Source: an uncultured Arcobacter sp.
Lineage (GTDB): Bacteria; Campylobacterota; Campylobacteria; Campylobacterales; Arcobacteraceae
Assembly: GCA_965140705.1 (NCBI GenBank)
Contig: OZ223300.1
Span: 1,376,001-1,440,000 of the forward strand
Direction of reading: 5' to 3'
DNA length: 64,000 nucleotides
Of this stretch, positions 21,502 to 31,675 are shown in pieces. Below the pieces are notes generated by a model, which was not told the DNA's origin, did no database searches, and saw only the letters and a program-made list of their open reading frames with translations. Position numbers and translations under genes: made by a program. How positions within the stretch are numbered: position 1 is the stretch's first letter; every line of letters begins with the position of its first letter.

Positions 21502-21990
21502 TTAGATAATAACTTCACCTTTTTCTTTTGCTCTATATTCATCTATTTTAAAAGTATCATTTGCAATAACTCTTGGAGTTGCTTCTTTGTATTGATTTAC
21601 TAATTTATTGATAGTTTTTAACTCATCATCATCAAATAAATCTTCATCATACTCAATACCAATTTCTACAAATTTTACTTCAGTAAAGTTTTCTCTTTCG
21701 ATTATATCCATATCTACATTATCAAGTATCTCTTGGATAAAGAAAACTCTTTCATCGTCATCTTCTAAGATCTCTTCATTTATAATCACATCAAAAAGTT
21801 CAGATAGTAGTTTTGGTTCAGGACTTCTAGCCCCTTTTATGTACTCATCACCAAATATTTTTTTACCACAATATTTAAGATGGTTATAATCCATCAAAAA
21901 AAGAAGAATTGATAATTTCTTATCATTTAACAATTTTACTTGTTTGTGTAACATATATAAAATTACATTTGCTACTTTTGTCATATCCAT
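21502..21990 (-). CDS. SocA/Panacea (DUF4065)-like protein
   Basis: KKL..LLFL.D..H....G..I.GD.Y......P.P pattern. Confidence 0.65.
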   Translation of the reverse strand: MDMTKVANVILYMLHKQVKLLNDKKLSILLFLMDYNHLKYCGKKIFGDEYIKGARSPEPKLLSELFDVIINEEILEDDDERVFFIQEILDNVDMDIIERENFTEVKFVEIGIEYDEDLFDDDELKTINKLVNQYKEATPRVIANDTFKIDEYRAKEKGEVII

Positions 21991-22046
21991 ATTTGAACGG
22001 TCCTTTTATTTAATTATTGAAGTATACAAAATAAAACATAAAGATA

Positions 22047-22661
22047 TTAAATCTTCCAATGTATTAATTTACTATTATTTACATTTTCCTTAACTTTGTT
22101 ACAAAGTTGTGGAAAAAATAGTAAAAAATCCTCTTCTATCTCATCAATATTTTCACAAACTATTCCATAATATCTACTTACATTATCCCTTTTTAAAACT
22201 CGAGAAGAGATTCTTTTATCAACTCTATTAAATGATTTATTCAAGTGCTCCAAGCTTTGGTATTTATTTAATAAATCAAATTCTATTAGGCTTTTTAACT
22301 TTTGTTTTGCTTCATTTGGAAGAGTGTGCATATTTGCATTTGCTTTTATATAAAAGTCATCTAAAAATTTATTAAGAGTTATATTTGAGTATCTATGCCA
22401 GTTTTTTGTAAGTAGATAATCGTATGTCAAATCAATAACAACAGCCTTTAGTAAACCACTATTTCCAAGTCTATTTTTGCTTTGTTTAAAAGTAGGGTGA
22501 TTATCTGTATATGAATCTATTAGCTTATGTATTTCCATCGCTTTTTTTATGTCTTCATTTGCACCTTCCCATGCTTTTGCTTTTAAAGGGTCAGCTAAAT
22601 AATTCCCAATTTGGAAATCTATATTATGTTCGGATAAAAATATATGTGCAAGCCAGTTCAT
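22047..22661 (-). CDS. acpH: ACP phosphodiesterase
   Basis: MNWLAH..LS, GN.LAD..K, H..IDSYTD.HP, D..YDY.L...W. Confidence 0.85.
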   Translation of the reverse strand: MNWLAHIFLSEHNIDFQIGNYLADPLKAKAWEGANEDIKKAMEIHKLIDSYTDNHPTFKQSKNRLGNSGLLKAVVIDLTYDYLLTKNWHRYSNITLNKFLDDFYIKANANMHTLPNEAKQKLKSLIEFDLLNKYQSLEHLNKSFNRVDKRISSRVLKRDNVSRYYGIVCENIDEIEEDFLLFFPQLCNKVKENVNNSKLIHWKI

Positions 22662-22718
22662 AAGCTAAGAGTACAAAAGTTTACTTAAATATAAAGTAAA
22701 CTTTTGTGATTAAAATTT

Positions 22719-23798
22719 TTAAATATTATAATCAGGTGGTGTATCATTCCACTCAAAAATAAAACACATAGGAAGTCTTCCAGATTTGTTTAATATCTTA
22801 GCAGTTATTACACCTGAGATAAATATTGAAGCAATTGCTAAAAATGAAGAAAAGGCTAATGTTGACATTCCTGTTAGTCCTTGTCCAATTGTACAACCAA
22901 TAGACAAAATACCTCCAATACCCATTAAAGCACCACCAATCATATTATAAGTTACTCTATTAACCTTTTGTGTTGCAGTACATCCAAAGCTATATTTTTT
23001 ATTGAAAAATGACATAGCAAAAGAACCTAACATAACTCCACACAATACAGCAATAGGGAAAGTGAAGTAATTTACTTGATAAAACATAAATAATTCTAAA
23101 CTTTTAGAAGTAGGATAAACAAATGTAATACCAGAAAGATCAATTAGTCTTTCCATACTATCTTCTCCTAATACTCCTGTTATTGTCCAAGCAGCAGCTA
23201 TTAAAAGTCCAATTAAAAAGCCATCTATTAGGGTAAATATTCTTTTTACTTTTTTTGCTAAGATTAATAAAATTACAAACAAAACTCCTACTACAAGATA
23301 TATATTCATAGTACTATTATCTATCATTGAAGAGAGTTCTAAAAGAGTTTTATTTTGAGTAAAGGGAGTTAAAAAACCTTGAATAAGACCTTTTGCAGTT
23401 GCAAATCCAAAGATTCCTATGAATATCAAAGTAATAAGTGATTTGGAATCACCTTGTCCAAATTTGATTAGATGTCTATTGCTACAACCATCAGCTATCA
23501 TCATTCCTGTACCAAATAATAAACCACCAAATATAACAACAAAGTAATTAACATCTTGTTTGTAGTAAACTGTTTTTGTAAAATCTAAGTCAAAATAAGA
23601 GCCTACAATTTTAGTAGAGATTATGGCAACAATCATTGCAAATACAACAGAAGCACCCCTTCTTGTAGATTTTAATAAGATATAATCTTTGATTGAACCA
23701 CTAAAACAGAATTGATTTTTTTGAGCTATCATTCCAAATAGCATTCCAAGACCAAGACCTAAGATATTTATTATTTCATATACTTCTAAACCGAACAT
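22719..23798 (-). CDS. YeeE/YedE sulfur compound transporter
   Basis: FCF, GGLLFG.GM..A.GC, GG.LMG.GG....GCTIGQG. Confidence 0.9.
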   Translation of the reverse strand: MFGLEVYEIINILGLGLGMLFGMIAQKNQFCFSGSIKDYILLKSTRRGASVVFAMIVAIISTKIVGSYFDLDFTKTVYYKQDVNYFVVIFGGLLFGTGMMIADGCSNRHLIKFGQGDSKSLITLIFIGIFGFATAKGLIQGFLTPFTQNKTLLELSSMIDNSTMNIYLVVGVLFVILLILAKKVKRIFTLIDGFLIGLLIAAAWTITGVLGEDSMERLIDLSGITFVYPTSKSLELFMFYQVNYFTFPIAVLCGVMLGSFAMSFFNKKYSFGCTATQKVNRVTYNMIGGALMGIGGILSIGCTIGQGLTGMSTLAFSSFLAIASIFISGVITAKILNKSGRLPMCFIFEWNDTPPDYNI

Positions 23799-23917
23799 TG
23801 TTTTCCTAACTTATAATTATAATTTATTATTTTAATAAAGGCCGATTATATTAAATATAAACTATAAAATAAGTTAGGCAGAATAATTAAATGAATTTAT
23901 ACGGGAATTCTTTAAAT

Positions 23918-24181
23918 TTAAATTTCTTGGTTATCAATTCTCATATCCTCTAAACCCTCAAGAATATCAGAAGCTTGTTCTTGTGTAATAGTTTCATTGT
24001 CTATATCAAGTAAAACATCATCAAAGTATTTTTTTACCTCTTTCATATATTTTAACTCATCTTTCAACTCTTTAGAGTTTTTCTTTTTCTCTAAACTTGT
24101 TTCAAGTTCTTTGATATTTTCATTTACTTCTATTAATACATCAGTTTTTAGCAAATTTTCTAAATCTTTTATATAATCCAT
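23918..24181 (-). CDS. Hypothetical acidic protein
   Basis: 87-aa ORF with AAGGA RBS. Confidence 0.65.
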   Translation of the reverse strand: MDYIKDLENLLKTDVLIEVNENIKELETSLEKKKNSKELKDELKYMKEVKKYFDDVLLDIDNETITQEQASDILEGLEDMRIDNQEI

Positions 24182-24197
24182 TTTTTATCCTTTCTCT

Positions 24198-24671
24198 TTA
24201 ACTTTTTGTAGATATTTTTATTACTACTTTATAAATTTGTTCCGTTTTATCAACTTTTATACAAGGCTGATGTCCATCACTTGGATAAAAAATGGCTAAT
24301 TCTTTTTCTTTTATGAGTAAAGATGAAAATCCATTTTTTGTGCTGTATTTTATAAAATCTTTTTCTTCATTGTAAGCTTCAGTGATTTCAAGATCGTCTA
24401 TATGTGATACATCCATGATTTCAGAGCCTTTTACTATATATTGAATATCAATATATTTTTTATGTGATTCAAAAAAACACTCATTTCTAGGCTTTGAAAA
24501 ATATGTTTGTTTTAAAACAAACATATTTTCATTGATAAACTCTTTTACACAGTCACCATTTTTTATTTCAAAAATATCATTAGATATATTTTCTAAATAA
24601 TTAAATGCCAATTGAAAATTATCCTCTTTTATTTGATTTTTAATACAGTCTAATTTTCCAAATATTGCCAT
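24198..24671 (-). CDS. YhcH/YjgK/YiaL family protein
   Basis: FESHKKYIDIQY..G.E, IFYP.D.H.P, KVVIK. Confidence 0.88.
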   Translation of the reverse strand: MAIFGKLDCIKNQIKEDNFQLAFNYLENISNDIFEIKNGDCVKEFINENMFVLKQTYFSKPRNECFFESHKKYIDIQYIVKGSEIMDVSHIDDLEITEAYNEEKDFIKYSTKNGFSSLLIKEKELAIFYPSDGHQPCIKVDKTEQIYKVVIKISTKS

Positions 24672-24682
24672 TTATTATCCTT

Positions 24683-25744
24683 TTATAAATTATCTTTTAA
24701 ATATAAATAATCTGACATTTTACTCCACTCTCGCACTTTTTTCATATAAGCATCTTGAGAGTCTAAAGTCTCTTTTAATAGTGGGCTTTTAGCACCTAAT
24801 TCTACTCTTAATTCTTTATTTGCTTTTTTCAATGCAGTCATTACATCTTTTGGAAATGTTTTAACTTTTATATCTGGATACTCTTTTTTCATCTCTTGCC
24901 ATGCTGAAGCATTTAAATCATAGTTTTGAATATACATATCATAAGCTGCAACTTTCATAGCAACTTTTAAAATCTCTTGTAAATCTTTTGGTAGTTTTTT
25001 AAAAGAGTGAATATTTACTAAAAATTGCATTTCACTAGCTGGTTCATGCCACCCTGTATAATAATATGGTGCAACTTTGTGAAATCCCATTTTAATATCC
25101 ATTGATGGTCCAACCCATTCCAAGGCATCAATAGTATTTCTTTCTAAAGCCATAAAAAGTTCAGCAGGTGCTATATTCATAACTTGTACTCCAACTTTTG
25201 CCATTATTTCACCTGCAAAACCTGGAATTCTCATTTTAAGACCTTTTAAGTCATCAACTGATTTAATCTCTTTTCTAAACCATCCACCCATTTGAACACC
25301 AGTGCTTCCCCCTGGAAATGAGTACATACCATATTTAGAATAAACTTTTTGCATCAACTCTAATCCACCACCATAATAAAACCAAGCATATTGCTCAGGA
25401 GCAGTAAGACCAAAAGGCATAGAAGTAAACGGTAAAGTTGCTATATCTTTACCTTTCCAATAATAAGAAGCTGTATGACCAATATCATATTGTCCAGCTT
25501 TTACCATATCAAAAACTCCAAAAGGTGCTTTGTGTTTATTCGCTGCATCAACTCTAATTTCTAATCTTCCATTTGACATTTCATTTGCAATTTTTGCCAT
25601 GTTTTTTGCTGTATCAATTAGTGGAGATAGTGTTGGGCCCCATGTAGTAGCCATCTTAAGTTTATATATCTTTTCACTAGCAAAAAGCTGTGTTGATAAT
25701 AATACTGCAAGTAAAATTATTGCAATATTTTTCAAATTTTTCAT
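24683..25744 (-). CDS. TRAP transporter substrate-binding protein (DctP/TakP type)
   Basis: YYWKGK, QMGGWFRKEI..DLKGLKMRIPG, DALEWVGP. Confidence 0.92.
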   Translation of the reverse strand: MKNLKNIAIILLAVLLSTQLFASEKIYKLKMATTWGPTLSPLIDTAKNMAKIANEMSNGRLEIRVDAANKHKAPFGVFDMVKAGQYDIGHTASYYWKGKDIATLPFTSMPFGLTAPEQYAWFYYGGGLELMQKVYSKYGMYSFPGGSTGVQMGGWFRKEIKSVDDLKGLKMRIPGFAGEIMAKVGVQVMNIAPAELFMALERNTIDALEWVGPSMDIKMGFHKVAPYYYTGWHEPASEMQFLVNIHSFKKLPKDLQEILKVAMKVAAYDMYIQNYDLNASAWQEMKKEYPDIKVKTFPKDVMTALKKANKELRVELGAKSPLLKETLDSQDAYMKKVREWSKMSDYLYLKDNL

Positions 25745-25862
25745 TCTCTTCCTTTATATTAGTAAAATTCGTCGCATATTATACACAAAAGTTCTCTTCT
25801 AATAAGCTTATAAACTCCCCTTGCGTATAATCCGTTTCTAATTAAGTAAGAAAGAAGAATAT

Positions 25863-27695
25863 ATGATAGAACTTTCAAATGTCTCAAAGAGCTTTGGTAA
25901 ACAAACACTATTCAATGAAGTAACCTTTAGATTAAATTCTGGGGATAAAATTGGATTAGTAGGAAGAAATGGTAGTGGAAAATCTACACTATTTAAGCTA
26001 ATTTTAGATGAAGAGCATCCAGATGCTGGTGAAATATTAAAACCTAAAAACTATAGAATAGGTGCATTAAAACAGCATCTTGTTTTTACAGAAAAAACAA
26101 TAACAGATGAAGCAGCCCTTGCACTTAGTGAAGAGCATAAATATGATATTTATAAAGTAGAAAAAATACTTTTTGGTCTTGGATTCTCGCAAGAAGATTT
26201 ATTAAAAGATCCCTTATCTTTTTCAGGTGGATATCAAATTAGAATAAATCTAGCAAAACTACTTCTGACAGAACCGAATCTGTTACTTTTAGATGAGCCA
26301 ACAAACTACCTTGATATCGTTTCATTAAGATGGTTAAAAGTATTTTTGAAAAACTTTGATGGTGAAGTAATTATAATCACCCATGATAGAGATTTTATGG
26401 ATGCAGTTACAACTCACACTATGGGATTAGTAAGAAAAAACCTAAAAGTTGTAAAAGGTGATACTCACAAGTTTTATGAAAAACTAAAAGAAGAAGATGA
26501 ACACCACGAAAAACAAAAAGCTTCACAAGATAAAAAAGTAAAACAATTAGAAGAGTTTATTGCTAAAAATAAAGCAAGAGCCTCAACAGCTAACTTAGCC
26601 CAATCAAAAGTTAAACAACTAGAAAAGATGGATATCTTAGAAGATTTAAATTTTGATTCCACATTAAAATTTGATTTTAATTATAAAGATACACCTGCAA
26701 AAGTTTTACTTGATGTAAAAGATTTATCGTTTGGATATACAAAAGATAATATACTTTTTAAAGATATTTCATTTACTCTACAAAAGGGTGAAACACTTGG
26801 AATCATAGGAAAAAATGGTAAAGGTAAATCAACACTTCTAAATACAATAGCAGGTGAATTGAAAGCTTTACATGGTGTGACAGAGATGCATACAAGTGTG
26901 ACTTTTGGACACTTTGGACAAACAAATATTTCACATCTAAACCCAGACAATACAATTATGGATGAAATCTATTTATCAAATAATAAATTGGCTGAAGGAA
27001 CTGTAAGAAGTATTTGTGGTGGTATGATGTTCTCAGGTGATGATGCTAAGAAAAAGGTAACTTTACTTTCAGGTGGTGAAAAAAGTAGGGTAATGCTTGG
27101 GAAAATTTTAGCAAAAGAAGTTAATTTACTTTTCCTAGATGAGCCTACAAATCACCTTGATATGAGTTCAATAGAAGCTTTAACAGAAGCTATTAAAAAC
27201 TTTGATGGTTCTTGTATCATAGTAACCCATAGTGAAGAGTTACTTAGAGCTGTTTGTGATAGATTGATTATTTTCTCAAATGGAAGTGCTGATTATTTTG
27301 ATGGAACTTATGATGAGTTTTTGGAAAAAATTGGTTGGGAAGATGAAGATGATGCTCCTAAGAAAAAAGCAAAACCAAAAGTAAATAAAAAAGAGAGCAA
27401 AAGATTAAGAGCCTTACTTGTACAAGAAAAAAGTAAAATAACAAGTCCTATAAAAAAAGAGATTGATTCTTTAGAGAAAAAAATTATAGAGATAGAAACA
27501 ATAATCGAAAAGAAAAAAGATGAATTAATCGATGTTACAAATAAAGGTGACAATAGTAAAGTAATGGAATTATCAAAAGAGATATCAAAACTTGAAAAAG
27601 AGGCTGAAACTAAATTTGAATCTTTAGAAATATCTCAAACTAAACTAGATACAATCAATGATGAATATCAAATAAAAATGGAAGAGTTGATGTAA
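25863..27695 (+). CDS. ABC-F family ATPase
   Basis: Two ABC cassettes (GRNGSGKS/LLDEPTN, GKNGKGKS/LDEPTNHLD); no TM; coiled-coil tail. Confidence 0.93.
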   Translation: MIELSNVSKSFGKQTLFNEVTFRLNSGDKIGLVGRNGSGKSTLFKLILDEEHPDAGEILKPKNYRIGALKQHLVFTEKTITDEAALALSEEHKYDIYKVEKILFGLGFSQEDLLKDPLSFSGGYQIRINLAKLLLTEPNLLLLDEPTNYLDIVSLRWLKVFLKNFDGEVIIITHDRDFMDAVTTHTMGLVRKNLKVVKGDTHKFYEKLKEEDEHHEKQKASQDKKVKQLEEFIAKNKARASTANLAQSKVKQLEKMDILEDLNFDSTLKFDFNYKDTPAKVLLDVKDLSFGYTKDNILFKDISFTLQKGETLGIIGKNGKGKSTLLNTIAGELKALHGVTEMHTSVTFGHFGQTNISHLNPDNTIMDEIYLSNNKLAEGTVRSICGGMMFSGDDAKKKVTLLSGGEKSRVMLGKILAKEVNLLFLDEPTNHLDMSSIEALTEAIKNFDGSCIIVTHSEELLRAVCDRLIIFSNGSADYFDGTYDEFLEKIGWEDEDDAPKKKAKPKVNKKESKRLRALLVQEKSKITSPIKKEIDSLEKKIIEIETIIEKKKDELIDVTNKGDNSKVMELSKEISKLEKEAETKFESLEISQTKLDTINDEYQIKMEELM

Positions 27696-27696
27696 A

Positions 27697-28146
27697 ATGA
27701 AAACTGAAACTATTTTAAACTACATAAAAATCAATGATAATATCTCAACAGCTGGTCAGCCAAAAGAGGCTGAATTAGAATTATTAGTAAATGATGGTTT
27801 TGAAATAGTGATAAATCTTGCTTTATCAAATGCAACAAATGCTTTAGATAATGAAGATAAAATAGTTTCAGCTTTGGGTATGACTTATATTCATATTCCT
27901 GTAGATTTTGAATATCCCACAAAATATGACTTAAAACTCTTTTTGAGCATTTTGACTTCACTTGAGGGTAAAAAGGTATTTGTTCATTGTGCAAAAAACT
28001 ATAGAGTAAGTGCTTTTATGTATGTTTACCATAAATATTTTTTAAAAACTCCCTTTGATGAAATAGATTTATCTCTTCTAGAAGAGTGGGGACCTTCTCC
28101 AATCTGGCAAGATATTATGAAAATAGAGTTTGAAGAGCTAAGCTAA
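27697..28146 (+). CDS. Protein tyrosine phosphatase-like (DUF442/BLH) protein
   Basis: TAGQP, Y.HIPV, VHCAKNYRVS. Confidence 0.8.
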   Translation: MKTETILNYIKINDNISTAGQPKEAELELLVNDGFEIVINLALSNATNALDNEDKIVSALGMTYIHIPVDFEYPTKYDLKLFLSILTSLEGKKVFVHCAKNYRVSAFMYVYHKYFLKTPFDEIDLSLLEEWGPSPIWQDIMKIEFEELS

Positions 28147-28162
28147 GAGAGAAATTCTTAGC

Positions 28163-28894
28163 TTATTTTAATGTAGTTTCTAAAATCTCTGTAAATCTTC
28201 TCCATGATTTTTCATCTGCTACTTTATTATAGCTGTTTGAGCCAAAGACAGTAAAGGCATGGGGTGCTCCACTATAAGTTATCATTTCATGTGGTATTTT
28301 ATTTTCCTCTAATTCCATAGCCAAATTAGCAAACTCTTGTAAACTAACAACTTTGTCAGCACTTCCATGAAATACTACAATAGAACCTTTTGTCTTAGAA
28401 TAGTTTTCACCTATAGGAGTTTGTAATCCTCCATGAAAAGTGATAAATGATTTAAAATCTCCACCATTTCTAGCAAACTCTAAAATAGCAGCTCCACCAA
28501 AACAATATCCAATGCCAACAGCATTTGAAACATTTGCTCCTAGTTTTTTAGCTTCATAATATCCAGCATAAAGAAGTCTTTTCATTTTTGCTCTATTTTG
28601 ATAAAGTTCATTTGTCAGTTTTTTCTTATCTTCTGTTTTTGTTGGTCTTACACCCTTCCCATACAAATCAACTGCAAATGTTGCATAACCCAAATCATAA
28701 AGCATCTTTGCTCTTTTTACTTCATAATCAGTAATCCCATCCCAATCATGAACCATATAAATAAGTGGTGCATCTTTTGAAGGAGAACTATAATACCCTT
28801 CATACTCTTTACCATCTACTTTATAAGTAACAAAGCCACTATTTGCAAAAGCAAATCCACTTAAAATAAATAACAATGTAAGAATCTTTTTCAT
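28163..28894 (-). CDS. Dienelactone hydrolase family protein
   Basis: HDWDG, GYCFGG, FHG.AD, HAFT; signal peptide. Confidence 0.9.
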   Translation of the reverse strand: MKKILTLLFILSGFAFANSGFVTYKVDGKEYEGYYSSPSKDAPLIYMVHDWDGITDYEVKRAKMLYDLGYATFAVDLYGKGVRPTKTEDKKKLTNELYQNRAKMKRLLYAGYYEAKKLGANVSNAVGIGYCFGGAAILEFARNGGDFKSFITFHGGLQTPIGENYSKTKGSIVVFHGSADKVVSLQEFANLAMELEENKIPHEMITYSGAPHAFTVFGSNSYNKVADEKSWRRFTEILETTLK

Positions 28895-29044
28895 TTTAAT
28901 TTCCTTTGTTGTGATTAAAAATCTTACTAAATCTAATAAAGATTAAACTTAAATATTTATATTACTTAGAGCTTAAATTTTATAGAAATAATTATTTTAG
29001 AATTCTTTGGTTAAAATATCCCAAATAAACAAAATGGATATTTT

Positions 29045-30151
29045 TTGAAAATAGAGACAAAAATTGCTAGATTTACGACTCCTTTACACCTAGAAAGTGG
29101 ACGAATTCTAGAACCTTATGAAATAAAATACGAAACTTATGGAGAACTTAACGAAGATAAATCAAATGTAATCGTTATTTGTCATGCCTTAAGTGGTTCT
29201 CATCATGCAGCTGGAAGATATGAAAATGAAGCAAAACCAGGTTGGTGGGATAATTTTATAGGTGATGGTAAAACTATTGACACTAGAAAATATTTTGTAA
29301 TCTGTACTAATAACCTTGGCTCTTGTTTTGGGTCAACTTCTCCAATGAGTCCTATGAATAAAGCAGGTGAATTATATAGACTTAAATTTCCAGTTTTAGC
29401 CATAACAGATATTGTAAAAGCCCAAAAAAGACTTCTAACTTCCCTTGATATTCATCATGTAAAAGCAGTCATTGGTGGAAGTATGGGTGGTATGCAAGCA
29501 CTTTGTTATTCAATTGAGTATCCAGATTTCGCAGATACAATTATAGCAATGGCAACAACAGCATACACAAGACCTTGGGCAATAGCTGTAAATAAAATAG
29601 CAATGGAATCCATAAGAAATGATCCAGCTTTTAAAAATGGAAACTATACAAAAGGTGACCTTATTGCAAATGGTTTACCTGGTCTTGCAATTGGTAGAAT
29701 GGCAGGATTGATTGCCTATGTGGGACCAAATTCTATGAATAATAAATTTGGTAGAAATTATGTGGAAACAGATGGGCTTTATGAACTTTTTGGAAGATTT
29801 GAAGTTGAGAAATATTTGGAATACAATGCTTACAATTTCCCAAAAATATTTGACCCTTTATCATATTTGTATGTTTGTAAAACCATGAATATATTTGATG
29901 CAGCAAGGGGTACTGATAAACTTCCAGATGCCTTGTCAAAGATAAAATGTGACCTTCATCTTATCTCTTTTTCTGATGATGTTTTATTTTTCCCAGAAGA
30001 GATGGAAGAGATTTATAATATAATGAGAGATATGAATATGGAAAATGTAAAGTATAAAATGATAGAATCTACACATGGACATGATTCATTTTTGGTGGAA
30101 CTTGATAAGTTCAAAGATTATGTAGTCGATATATTGGAGAAAAGAATATGA
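29045..30151 (+). CDS. metX: Homoserine O-acetyltransferase
   Basis: CHALSG, GGSMGGMQ, HGHDSFL. Confidence 0.95.
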   Translation: MKIETKIARFTTPLHLESGRILEPYEIKYETYGELNEDKSNVIVICHALSGSHHAAGRYENEAKPGWWDNFIGDGKTIDTRKYFVICTNNLGSCFGSTSPMSPMNKAGELYRLKFPVLAITDIVKAQKRLLTSLDIHHVKAVIGGSMGGMQALCYSIEYPDFADTIIAMATTAYTRPWAIAVNKIAMESIRNDPAFKNGNYTKGDLIANGLPGLAIGRMAGLIAYVGPNSMNNKFGRNYVETDGLYELFGRFEVEKYLEYNAYNFPKIFDPLSYLYVCKTMNIFDAARGTDKLPDALSKIKCDLHLISFSDDVLFFPEEMEEIYNIMRDMNMENVKYKMIESTHGHDSFLVELDKFKDYVVDILEKRI

Positions 30152-30348
30152 GTGAAGAGATAAAAGAAGAACAAAGCTTCGAAGAAAAAGTAGAAAAGGC
30201 AAAAGAGTTATTAGAGAAGTTGGGGAATCCAGATATAACATTGAGTTCATCTGTAGAGATATACAAAAATGGTATGAAAGAACTTGATGATGCCCAAAAA
30301 CTTCTAGAAACTTCTAAACTTCAATTCAAAGAACTATCTGAAAAATAA
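30148..30348 (+). CDS. xseB: Exodeoxyribonuclease VII small subunit
   Basis: SFEE...L.KL....ITL..S...YK.G......AQK.L. Confidence 0.88.
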   Translation: MSEEIKEEQSFEEKVEKAKELLEKLGNPDITLSSSVEIYKNGMKELDDAQKLLETSKLQFKELSEK

Positions 30349-30425
30349 AAATATAACAATTTGATATATTTTTTGTGACTATAAAAAATATTTGATAAAC
30401 TTTTCTTACCAGTTAGGAGGAGTTT

Positions 30426-31088
30426 ATGAAGACAATAAATCAACTACAAAGTATAGATAAACCAAGAGAAAGATTACTGAAATATGGTCTTAGTTCCTTA
30501 AAAAATTATGAACTAATAGCTGTATTACTAGGAAGTGGAGTAAAAGGCAAAGATGTCATAAAACTATCCCATGAAATAGAAAAATTCTTCGACTCAAACT
30601 TTGAAAATATAGATTTAAAAACCTTACTTAAAATACATGGATTAGGAACTGTAAAAGCTAGTCAAATAATATCTGCAATAGAACTATCAAGAAGATATCT
30701 AATTGATATTCAAAACTATAAAATAAACTCTTCAAGTGATGTATATGAAGAGCTAAAACCCTATAAAAACAAACGCCAAGAATACTTCCTAACTCTATAT
30801 TTAGATGGAGCAAATAATCTACTAGAAACCAAAATCATAACAATAGGAACCCTAAACCAAAGCCTAGTTCACCCAAGAGAAGTATTCTCACACGCCATAG
30901 AAAAAAGATGCGCCAGTATAATAGTAGCCCACAATCATCCAAGTGGAATACTAAAACCAAGTAGTGAAGATATCAATGTAACACAAAGACTGAAAGAGTC
31001 AGGGAAAATATTAGGCATAGAACTTTTAGATCATGTGATATTTACAAATGAAGGGTTTATTAGTTTACAAGAAGAGGGTGTGTTGTGA
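30426..31088 (+). CDS. radC: RadC family JAB-domain protein
   Basis: KPRERL...G, VHPREVF, AHNHPSG...PS.ED, LLDHVI. Confidence 0.95.
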   Translation: MKTINQLQSIDKPRERLLKYGLSSLKNYELIAVLLGSGVKGKDVIKLSHEIEKFFDSNFENIDLKTLLKIHGLGTVKASQIISAIELSRRYLIDIQNYKINSSSDVYEELKPYKNKRQEYFLTLYLDGANNLLETKIITIGTLNQSLVHPREVFSHAIEKRCASIIVAHNHPSGILKPSSEDINVTQRLKESGKILGIELLDHVIFTNEGFISLQEEGVL

Positions 31089-31498
31089 TGGATAGATTTT
31101 TTGATGAATGGAATGAAATAAAAAAAGAACTTACTAAAAATGAAAGAAAATTAGGTATAAAATCAAGAGAAATATTTTGGGCAAATATTGGACAAAATAT
31201 TGGTTATGAACAAAATGGCAAAGGTAAAAATTTTGCAAGACCTGTTATTGTTGTAAGAAAACTCACAAAAGATTTATTTTTAGGAATCCCAACTACTACA
31301 ACACTTAGAGAAGATAATGATTATTTTCATAAATTCAAATATACCACATATAATAATGAAGTTTTAAATGTTTCGGCATTAATTTTACAAGTAAAAGTAT
31401 TTAGTATAAAAAGAATAATGAACAAAATTGGAATGATTAATAAAGAAGATTTTAAAGTAATTGTAGAAAAGTCAAAAAATCTATTTGGCCCCACTTAA
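31085..31498 (+). CDS. PemK/MazF-family toxin with no adjacent protein antitoxin
   Basis: IFW..IG.NIG.EQ.GKG..F.RPV.V..K, IP.TT, LQV...S.KR; overlaps radC stop. Confidence 0.85.
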   Translation: MMDRFFDEWNEIKKELTKNERKLGIKSREIFWANIGQNIGYEQNGKGKNFARPVIVVRKLTKDLFLGIPTTTTLREDNDYFHKFKYTTYNNEVLNVSALILQVKVFSIKRIMNKIGMINKEDFKVIVEKSKNLFGPT

Positions 31499-31528
31499 AA
31501 TAAGTGGGTGTGCCCGAAGGCGAATTGT
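31474..31528 (-). ncRNA. Putative structured antisense small RNA overlapping the toxin 3' end
   Basis: Minus strand GCC-UUCG-GGC hairpin, CCCACUU-AUUUU-AAGUGGG hairpin, then U6; just downstream of a consensus promoter; ends approximate. Confidence 0.55.
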
Positions 31529-31534
31529 AAGAGC

Positions 31535-31563
31535 ATTATATCTTACAATTTTTATTTTGTCAA
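31535..31563 (-). promoter_or_regulatory. Consensus sigma70 promoter firing antisense into the pemK-like gene
   Basis: TTGACA (31563-31558), 17 nt, TATAAT (31540-31535). Confidence 0.8.
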
Positions 31564-31675
31564 TTTCTGTTTGGGGCTTGAAGATATAAATATCTTCGCT
31601 TTTACTCTTCTTTAACCGTCTTTGAGTTCTTAAATTTTGTTCTTGCTCTTGAAAATCTGAGATTTCCGCTTCTTC

